From contig CAWEXO010000011.1 in assembly GCA_963813025.1 (NCBI GenBank), positions 490,230 to 554,229 of the forward strand: 64,000 nucleotides of DNA. The letters run 5' to 3'. Source of the stretch: an uncultured Verrucomicrobiae bacterium. Lineage in GTDB: Bacteria; Verrucomicrobiota; Verrucomicrobiia; Chthoniobacterales; JAFAMB01. Below, in pieces: positions 58,001-64,000 of this stretch. The notes under the pieces are model-generated. The model was not told the DNA's origin, made no database searches, and saw nothing but the letters and a program-made list of their open reading frames with translations. The position numbers and the translations under genes are program-made. The first letter of the stretch is position 1, and every line of letters begins with the position of its first letter.

Positions 58001-58908
58001 TTGAAGAAGTGATCGGCACTTCGTCGGTCTTGCAAATGGTCCTGGCGCGCGCAGCCAAGGTCGCCCCGACAGACTCAACCGTTTTGATCATGGGTGAAAC
58101 AGGCACAGGGAAGGAACTCATCGCCCGCGCCATTCACAAACGGTCAAAGCGCTCCGAGCGCCCGTTCATCAGTGTGAATTGCGCAGCGGTTCCTTCTTCA
58201 CTCATCATGTCGGAGTTGTTTGGCCACGAAAAAGGAGCGTTCACTGGAGCGGTTCAGAGGCGGCTCGGTCGATTCGAATTGGCTGAAGGCGGCACGATTT
58301 TTCTCGATGAAGTAGGAGATCTGCCAATGGAGACGCAAATCGCGCTGCTGCGCGTTCTACAAGAACGCGAGTTTGAACGCGTAGGTGGCACGGAAGTTTT
58401 GCGCGCTGACGTCCGCGTCATCTCGGCGACGAATCGTGATCTGCAGGCGGCTATCGCAGACGGCGCCTTTCGCAGTGATCTTTACTACCGGCTCAATGTT
58501 TTTCCAATCAAACTGCCGCCGTTGCGGGAGCGAAAAGACGATGTTCCACTGCTCGTAAATTATTTTGTCGATCGCTATGCGAAGAGAGCGGGAAAGAAGA
58601 TTAAGCATATTCAAAAGAAAGCTCTCGAAGCGCTTCAAGAGTATTCATGGCCGGGCAACGTGCGCGAATTGCAAAACGTCATCGAACGTTCACTTATCAT
58701 CTGCGAGACGAACGAATTTTCGATCGACAAGAGTTGGGTGGCGAACGAACCGCAATCATCCACGGCAGCGACCGAGTCGAAATCAAATGAGCGCCAACGT
58801 ATCGAAGCGGCACTTGCTCAAAGTAACGGAAGGATTTCCGGAGCACACGGTGCCGCGGCCAACTCGGCATACCGGCTTCAACCCTCGAATCGAAAATCCG
58901 CTCTCTGA
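55081..58908 (+). CDS. sigma-54-dependent transcriptional activator with multiple PAS/PAC domains and a GAF domain; the C-terminal Fis-type HTH is shifted out of frame
   Basis: 1275 aa. Repeated PAS/PAC units (RADGTYRALLH, RPDGEVRYIRC, MPDGSIKYLQV, HPGGAVRDIHS, RADGEYRWFLH, RHDGKFRCFLC). A GAF-like region at about aa 530-690. AAA+ motifs GETGTGKE, GAFTGA, ELFGHEKGAFTG, FLDEVGDL. The HTH LGIPASTLESKIRSLRINKFQFKGV lies in the +1 frame at 58863-58940. Confidence 0.9.
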   Translation: MRASESLQNDQSTATENALRRAVDTTPAFIHTARPDGYLDYFNRGWLDFLGKSLEDVCGWRWTESVHPEDVASLVQKWRAALASGEPFEAEARVRRADGTYRALLHRKEPLHDEQGNIVKWFGSSIDIEDSKCAEEQLRRNAQELQRSEFYLAEGQRLAHMGSWALDAAGFDYWSPELFRIYGLEPTSTAPTVEEYLDYVHPDDREFMANLIKRILVEPSLFDATKRIVRPDGEVRYIRCVGAPVVENQKLKKYIGSALDVTEHELLTQELQRREAYLAEAQRLSHTGSFGWDVSSGEIYWSEETFRIFELDSKTKVTIELIVQRTHPDDRQAVQQVIERASSERKEFAVEHRLLMPDGSIKYLQVVGRPSTDEGRRSEFVGAVTDITNHRRAEESLRKSEAYLADAQKLSQTGSWAWNPEAGIRHWSEEFYRVHGYDPRDGLPQFEELFQRIHPDDQPKVKELRERMAREKIEFEWDYRVVHPGGAVRDIHSIGHPVLGPSGDLIEFMGTVIDITERKRAEALFAGEKRLLEMIATGVALNEILNALCLIIEEYRPGRLASILLLRTDGLHLDSVAGPSLPKAWREEMERLPIGPCAGSCGTAAYRGSPVMVSDIATDPLWEVPEHRAAALSHGLRASWSNPILSSDRKVLGTFCIYGRETRSPSAQDLGLIEKATHLARVAIERDRAEAAVRTSEQKYRDLVDTTPAFVHTNLPNGDLDFVNRGWLEYLGLSNTDLVGSRWTSAIHPEDVEDLVAKWRAALESGEGYVAEARVRRADGEYRWFLHREEPLRNEAGEIVKWYGSAIEIEERKIAEEKIREQEIELRQILDLAPQHISVFGPDGTPLYINQLALEYFGVTIDQWRTEAALPQASFSWLGSRLDLVHPDDREHFLSERKKGFLKGAPYEFEVRFLRHDGKFRCFLCRLNPLKDERGHITRWYGTGTDIEDRKQAEEEIRRENIVLREELGKSSMFEEVIGTSSVLQMVLARAAKVAPTDSTVLIMGETGTGKELIARAIHKRSKRSERPFISVNCAAVPSSLIMSELFGHEKGAFTGAVQRRLGRFELAEGGTIFLDEVGDLPMETQIALLRVLQEREFERVGGTEVLRADVRVISATNRDLQAAIADGAFRSDLYYRLNVFPIKLPPLRERKDDVPLLVNYFVDRYAKRAGKKIKHIQKKALEALQEYSWPGNVRELQNVIERSLIICETNEFSIDKSWVANEPQSSTAATESKSNERQRIEAALAQSNGRISGAHGAAANSAYRLQPSNRKSAL

Positions 58909-59058
58909 GGATTAACAAATTCCAATTCAAGGGAGTTTAGTGCGCTAGTACCTAGCTGATTTCATTTCACGCTTGCTGACGCAGCTTCCTTCGCGCAATG
59001 CCAGAATTTTTCCGCAACCGAACTGAGGCGTCCTTTTCGCCCGACGATGGGTGAACTT

Positions 59059-59321
59059 GGGGACAGGTCCGAGCCGGAGACGGGTCGAGCCGAAGCGCGC
59101 GAACCTCAGACAGGCCCTTAAAGCGCAAACAGGCCGAGGCTGTCCACGTGACAGCCCTTTTGCTCGAGCGAGGAAAGATCCTGACCGTCAACAAGAACAG
59201 CGCCGCCGATCTGGAAACAGGCCCAAGCTATGGCGGGGACAAGCTATGGCGGGGACAGGTCCTTAAATTAAAAGTGCTGGAAACCCTTTGGGGGACAAAT
59301 CGTCGAACACGCGGACAAGGC
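59059..59321 (+). repeat. GGGGACAGGTC-family repeats and short tandem/direct repeats downstream of the RAYT-like gene
   Basis: GGGGACAGGTC at 59059-59069 and 59251-59261. A 16-bp tandem ctatggcggggacaRg x2 at 59228-59259. Degenerate cores at 59235, 59291 and 59311. A separate roughly 40-nt direct repeat cttttgctcgagc...agatcctgaccgt...aaca occurs at about 59156-59200 and about 59341-59385. Confidence 0.8.
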
Positions 59322-59567
59322 GAGGTCGTTCGCGTGACCGGCTTTTGCTCGAGCAACGAGAGATCCTGACCGTGGAACAGAACAAACAGACAAACTATTC
59401 GAAAAAGCCTCCCTCAATAGACTCGGAGACCGCAATCGCGTTCGAGCGGTGAAGCTTGAGACCAGAGCCTTGGGCGAACGGTTACGATTCTTAGGCGTCC
59501 CGAACTGTGTCGTTAAAGAATTGCCGCCCGAATCACCCAAAAGGGGACTTTTTTTGCGACAGCAATA

Positions 59568-60560
59568 TCAGCTGGGCGCACGTTGAAAGGCGCGAAGCAC
59601 CCAGATCTGCTGGTTCTCCGAGCCGTGTAATTGTCGAGGCCGAGGGTCACGGGCTTGCGGAGTGCGCAGAAGGCTCTTCCAACGAGCGAATTGTTCTTGG
59701 ACAAAGGCGCGACTTCCAAGAATACCGCCATCGGTAAAATAGCGGATGCGGCACCGCAGCAATTCCGGCAGCGGAATTTCGCCGTCCAGTTCCTCGATCA
59801 CGTGCGCCGCAACCCGAGGAGGAATTCTTACCGCATCAGCCTTCGAAGCCGAAGTTCCCGTTTGAAAAAGCAGCTTCCGATACTCCTTGCCAACCCTCGA
59901 CCAGGGTGTTTCGGCGCTCAAAAGCAACGCGCGGCTTAAGCCCTGCTTGGCCTGTGGGCAATTTTTGGCCACTGCTTCGGCGTATCCGCAATAGCGATAA
60001 TCCTTCGGGTCTCGGCACAGACCAGCTCGCAACGGGTTCAGATCAATATAGGCCGCCACGGCGCGCAGGGCGGGTCCTTCTTCGATCAAGGTGCTTTTAA
60101 AACGCTCGGCCCACAGCGCGCCATAGCGTTGATGCCGCCGGTTAAACCATTGAGCAAAGCGACTTTTCAACTCTTTGAAAAAAACCGATATGTCGAAGAG
60201 CTGGCGTGCATAGCGCTCTCTGAGCGTCTGCGCCGCCGGCGGCGCCAATGTTGCCAACTGTTCGGCGACCATCGCGCGGTGAATCTCTCCGTAGCCTGCG
60301 GCAATGCAGTCCAGCAATTCGGCATTCGACAAGAGCCGCCGTTGGGGGATATAGCACAAAATGTGGAAATGATTGGACATCACGGCATAGGTTAAAACCT
60401 GTACGCAGCAGGCTTGTTCCAGGCGGCGCATCAGATCGCGGAAATGTTCCGCTTCAGCCGAAACCATCGAGTGATTGGGAAAGATGGTCAGCCCATCCAC
60501 GGCGCGCGACATGCAGTGGTAGAAACTATCGCCTGGGAGCTTGATTCGAGGATGCCGCAT
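59568..60560 (-). CDS. HUH/Y1 tyrosine transposase-like protein (COG1943, REP-associated RAYT-like)
   Basis: 330 aa. N-terminal FYHCMSRAVDG, the HUH motif MSNHFHILC, then FAQWFNRRHQRYGALWAERFKS and the Tyr helix AAYIDLNPLRAGL. The C-terminal extension has RYFTDGGILGSRAFV. There is no TnpB and no IS200/IS605-style ends. Confidence 0.7.
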   Translation of the reverse strand: MRHPRIKLPGDSFYHCMSRAVDGLTIFPNHSMVSAEAEHFRDLMRRLEQACCVQVLTYAVMSNHFHILCYIPQRRLLSNAELLDCIAAGYGEIHRAMVAEQLATLAPPAAQTLRERYARQLFDISVFFKELKSRFAQWFNRRHQRYGALWAERFKSTLIEEGPALRAVAAYIDLNPLRAGLCRDPKDYRYCGYAEAVAKNCPQAKQGLSRALLLSAETPWSRVGKEYRKLLFQTGTSASKADAVRIPPRVAAHVIEELDGEIPLPELLRCRIRYFTDGGILGSRAFVQEQFARWKSLLRTPQARDPRPRQLHGSENQQIWVLRAFQRAPS

Positions 60561-60807
60561 TGGTGATAGTAATAACGTAAGTTTTATAAGTTATCAATTT
60601 CAATTGCGGCGTTCGGGGGCGCGCGATCCGAGTGCCTCATGCTTCCCATCCTGCTTATCTGATCTCGAGGTCTCAAGCGTACCTATCCCTCGACTTGTCT
60701 TCGGCGCGGGTGTTCGAAGCGAGGAGCACCTGCTCCCAGAAAGGTCCCTTTCCTGGTCTCCAAAAAGTTTCCTTCGAATTGACCTGTCCCTCGTTTGCCA
60801 GTCCCTC

Positions 60808-61048
60808 GTTTGCCAAAACGGAAACGTATAATCGACGCGCCCGCCAGAGTGGACGCGCGAGACTGTACGTCTCGCCAGATCAGCCACCCCAGGTAGTTGG
60901 GTTGGCGCTGAGTGCCTTGCCTCTGTCCTGTGCACCGCTTACTTTCTGCCGTCGGCAGCTCGTATTTTTTGCGTTGAATGGACCTCTCCCCAAAACAGCG
61001 CATTTGTACCTGGCCAAAGAGAGGTGGACCTGTCCCCAGAACGGCCCC
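60808..61048 (+). repeat. roughly 240-bp dispersed repeat, copy L (ends in a GACCTGTCCCC unit)
   Basis: Aligns with 61942-62199 at about 80% identity by eye. It is preceded by a 15-bp tandem gtccctcgtttgcca x2 (60786-60815) and GACCTGTCCC at 60781-60790. Confidence 0.8.
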
Positions 61049-61245
61049 TTGTCACTTAGTTCAGTCGACAGCCGATCCGTGTATATGAATTCCGGGTTTC
61101 TTCAACTAATCGGCGTACTCGAAAGTCAAAGAACTGCCTCCGGTAAGGATTGGGTCTACGCTGAACACGACCTACCGTCACCTTCTCGAACTTTCGCTTA
61201 GTCCGCTAGTGTTCCTCGATTCCTCAATTTCCCAAGTTAGCGAAG

Positions 61246-61785
61246 CTACAAACGTATCCCAACCGCAGCGTTCTCTTCGGGAGTGGCGTTCCAGTAATTA
61301 TATTTTGCGGAGACGCTCTCGTAGCACGAAAGGAAGTGCGCAAGTTCCTCGGCGGTCACTGGTTGAGGTGTAGCCGCAACCGGTCTCCCGACCTCTTGAA
61401 AGAATTGAGCCAGTCTTGTGGTCGTGATGATGAATGCGACCAGAGGCTCGCTGGAAACGTTGCGCCAGGCGTGCCCTGCGCCACTAAGCACGTGGAGGTG
61501 ATCGCCCGCTTTTACCACAATCCATTCATAGCCCTGTGTGCCTTGCCTCAGCGCCTTTACCTCGCCGGAAATGACAAAGAAGTCCTCCGTGTCAGGGTGA
61601 CCGTGAAGTGGAACTGAGACGATAGGCGGGATCTCTCCCCTCAGCACGCAGAAATCAATGCTCGCCTCTTGCGGCGACGTCAGAAACTCCATCGTTGGTC
61701 CGAAGAGTCGACGCGCAGGCCGGTTGTGGGATTTACTTCGGTACTCATATGGCTCTATCCTTGGTTTCATGGTTCTAGTGCTCAT
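61246..61785 (-). CDS. cupin domain-containing protein
   Basis: 179 aa. The cupin motif pair is PLHGHPDTEDFFVISGEV and GDHLHVLSGAGHAWRN. Confidence 0.75.
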   Translation of the reverse strand: MSTRTMKPRIEPYEYRSKSHNRPARRLFGPTMEFLTSPQEASIDFCVLRGEIPPIVSVPLHGHPDTEDFFVISGEVKALRQGTQGYEWIVVKAGDHLHVLSGAGHAWRNVSSEPLVAFIITTTRLAQFFQEVGRPVAATPQPVTAEELAHFLSCYESVSAKYNYWNATPEENAAVGIRL

Positions 61786-61941
61786 CTCAGACAGTATATG
61801 TTAACGGGCGGACCGTCAGACAAAGATTAAACGGAACGGCGCTAGCTGCTAAGCCCGACCGTTTTCATGTAGCTTGGCAAAAGCTCACGGATTAAGCGCT
61901 CGGCTCTGTTGACCGTTTCATCATCGAATAAACTGTGCCTT

Positions 61942-62199
61942 GTTTGCAAAACGGAAATGTATAACCGACACGCGCGCCGGAGTGGACGAGCGAGACCGTA
62001 CGTCTCACCAGGTCAGCCGCCTGCAGGTAGTTAGGTTGGCGCTGAATGCCTTTGTCTCTTTTGCACCGCTTACCTCTTGCGATCGGCGGCCGGTTTGGTT
62101 TGCGCCGAATTGACCTGTCCCCAGCGGCCAATTTTGACCTGTCCCCAGAACGGCCCCTCCCTGACCCAAGAGAGGTGGACCTGTCCCCAGAACGGCCCC
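61942..62199 (+). repeat. roughly 240-bp dispersed repeat, copy R (same orientation as copy L; runs into the 87-bp tandem array)
   Basis: Shared blocks include aaaacggaaaYgtataa, gagtggacg, gagacYgtacgtctc, caggtagttRggttggcgctga, tgcaccgctta, and gagaggtggacctgtccccagaacggcccc. Confidence 0.8.
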
Positions 62200-62286
62200 T
62201 CCTGTCCCCAGCGGCCAATTTTGACCTGTCCCCAGAACGGCCCCTCCCTGACCCAAGAGAGGTGGACCTGTCCCCAGAACGGCCCC
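62112..62286 (+). repeat. 87-bp tandem repeat x2, each unit carrying three GACCTGTCCCC cores
   Basis: Cores at 62112, 62136 and 62178 repeat at 62199 (partial), 62223 and 62265, an exact 87-nt offset. One further core occurs at 62309-62319. Confidence 0.9.
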
Positions 62287-62412
62287 TCTGTTATGGAATC
62301 GCTTAGTAGACCTGTCCCCTAGCCGGGGCGGCGCCCCATGTTTGCTGTTCGGACAGCAGATCGAGCAGAGCTTTTTGCATTTTCGATTCTTTGAAGCCTC
62401 GGATCCAAGGTC

Positions 62413-64000
62413 TTAATTGGCAAAACGCTGTCGTAAATCGTTGTTTTGGTACGTCTTGATCAGGCGTTCCAATTGCGCAATTCTCGATCGGAGGCTTCGG
62501 CCACGTTGACTGTCGGCTAACCTTTTAGCTCGGTTCCACTCGCGCACCACGGTAATGCTCGGAATGATATCTGCACCCTGGAGGATCGCGGCTTCTACTG
62601 ACTCGAAATGATGGTGGGTCGCGAGAAACGTACGTTGCGGTTCAAGGACAAGCGTAAAACCCCTGTCTCCGTAGGCTTCCGAGAACGCGCCATCGATTGT
62701 TATTGCTTTTCCGCTTTGCTTCAGCGGCGATTCTCCCTTTTCCACTTCCACCGGCACGTGGCCATTGACGATCAGACCTTGGCCCGGGTCAACGCCGAAC
62801 TCAGTGAGGATCTTTTCACAAAACCACGGCTCATGAATCAGGCGAAAATACGGATTCTTCGTTTCGTGGTGAGCTCGTTTATCTACGATCAAGTCGCGTT
62901 CGAGGGCCGCGATGCGATCTTTACCAAAAAGCGGCGATTGCGGACCGCACCATAGGTACCAAAGGAGATCCAGATCGTGGGGCGATCGCTGGTCTATTAG
63001 CCGGTAGATCGCGCTTTCAATCGCTTTGAACATTGCGCTGCCGGACACAGGTTGGCCATCGACGTTCATCGACAGAAACTCGCCGCGCTCGTCCACAGGA
63101 ACGCACCCGTGAAAGATCAGGTGTTCCTCTCGCTGGAGATACATTGCTCCGTGGCTAATCATCCAGCGCATCTGGCTCCAGAGTTTCTGGCTCGCCAGAA
63201 ATGAGCTGCGGATGCGGTCCAGGCAGACTCGTTCATTCTCCGTAAGTCGGTACGCATCCCCTTGACCGATTGTGGGAAACTTCGTGTCCTCTAGAGAATA
63301 AGAGATGCCGTCGATGGAGATCGTTCCCGCCTTACGGTCCATCCGATGCAGCAGACGGCGGTGATCCATCTTCCATTCTGGGTGGCGCGCAATAAGCTGT
63401 CCTTCCAGCTTATACTGCATGATGGCCGCGGCTTTCTGCATGCGAGCCATCATGACTTTTTCGCGCATACCTGCCCCCCTTATCGCGAAACTTGATGCCG
63501 GATCATCGGCGTAATCTTGTCGTGCGAGTTGATCGAGTGCTGCCAGCGGAATTCCATATCCTTCTTCGAGTTGCAAAAGTCGGCGGTAACGAATCGAGAG
63601 CCGCAGTACCTGACAGATGAGCGCGTCTTGTCCAAGACAGGCCCCTAACCAGGCTACATCGTGATTGCCCCAGACAAAGGAAACGTTCGGCTGTTGCATG
63701 AGATAGTCCATTACGCGGTCGCCACGTGGTCCGCGGTCCCAGCAATCTCCGGCGATAACCAGTTCGTCGATCGCGAGGTTACGGATGACGCGTCCAGTTA
63801 GATGGACCAAGTGCAGGAGCCGGCCCCGGCGAACCAGTTCTTCGACGATTGCGCCGAGATAATCCTTATCACGCTCGGTGGACGGCGCATGCAGAATCTC
63901 CACCAATAGCTCCCGATATTCCGCGGGAAATACATTCATGGCGCGCTGAAGGCTCCGGCGCGTCGCCAACACCCGCACGATGTCGAATAAGTCGTTCAAC
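62413..64000 (-). CDS. fbp: fructose-1,6-bisphosphatase, class 3 (N-terminus outside the window)
   Basis: More than 528 aa. Metallophosphoesterase motifs VIAGDCWDRGPRGD, FVWGNHD, LIFHGCVP, VNGHVP. The frame is still open at nt 64000, and the track start at 63999 is only a TTG. Confidence 0.85.
   Translation of the reverse strand, partial: LNDLFDIVRVLATRRSLQRAMNVFPAEYRELLVEILHAPSTERDKDYLGAIVEELVRRGRLLHLVHLTGRVIRNLAIDELVIAGDCWDRGPRGDRVMDYLMQQPNVSFVWGNHDVAWLGACLGQDALICQVLRLSIRYRRLLQLEEGYGIPLAALDQLARQDYADDPASSFAIRGAGMREKVMMARMQKAAAIMQYKLEGQLIARHPEWKMDHRRLLHRMDRKAGTISIDGISYSLEDTKFPTIGQGDAYRLTENERVCLDRIRSSFLASQKLWSQMRWMISHGAMYLQREEHLIFHGCVPVDERGEFLSMNVDGQPVSGSAMFKAIESAIYRLIDQRSPHDLDLLWYLWCGPQSPLFGKDRIAALERDLIVDKRAHHETKNPYFRLIHEPWFCEKILTEFGVDPGQGLIVNGHVPVEVEKGESPLKQSGKAITIDGAFSEAYGDRGFTLVLEPQRTFLATHHHFESVEAAILQGADIIPSITVVREWNRAKRLADSQRGRSLRSRIAQLERLIKTYQNNDLRQRFAN

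Noticed and set aside
62112-62319. Possible CRISPR array (regularly spaced 11-22-nt repeats)
   Set aside because: The intervening sequences are themselves repeated as an 87-bp tandem unit and are only 2-20 nt long. The same core occurs singly and in both orientations elsewhere. No cas genes or leader are present.

Overview
GC-rich 64-kb chromosomal window. The protein families suggest a PVC/Verrucomicrobiota-like soil bacterium, but that is inference only because no database search was possible. All family calls below come from motif recognition by eye.

Backbone genes, in order:
- a partial ketoacyl-synthase-like gene
- mntR-like regulator, a lipoprotein, and a large Ser/Thr kinase with PEGA repeats
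- MidA-type methyltransferase and an M42 peptidase
- DUF2130 protein
- a minus-strand kdp block: HK, REC-TPR regulator, small peptide, kdpF, kdpA, kdpB, kdpC, and an N-terminal-only kdpD
- DUF2277 protein and an AI-2E transporter
- an OmpR/CusS-like two-component pair
- a pdhA-pdhB-E2-lpdA operon
- mnmG
- MarR plus two tandem membrane-fusion proteins plus an RND pump
- YhaM-like HD protein, Gfo/Idh/MocA oxidoreductase, oligopeptidase B
- tRNA-Val(GAC)
- a 1275-aa multi-PAS/GAF sigma-54 activator
- a cupin and a partial class-3 FBPase

Accessory content:
1. An IS110-family element (about 946-2790) has a roughly 370-nt structured 5' non-coding arm. This arm is a candidate bridge RNA. The element appears to sit inside a 32-nt inverted repeat.
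2. An IS nest at 9.6-14.9 kb contains an IS630 relic, a near-intact IS630, a head-to-tail tandem pair of an IS1380-like element, and a 95-bp MITE. Every junction lies at CTAG.
3. A second, decayed IS630 and an identical MITE copy lie at 46.6-47.9 kb.
4. A dispersed intergenic repeat family with core GGGGACAGGTC occurs in at least 16 copies across five clusters. These copies bracket, in inverted orientation, an orphan HUH/Y1 (RAYT-like) transposase at 59568-60560. I consider this putative REP/RAYT-type system the most interesting candidate in the window.

Several otherwise conserved genes carry single-nucleotide frameshifts: lpdA, the AI-2E transporter, the HTH of the sigma-54 activator, and both IS630 copies. 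These may be real decay or consensus errors. No CRISPR array, cas genes, reverse transcriptase or obvious defence operon was seen.
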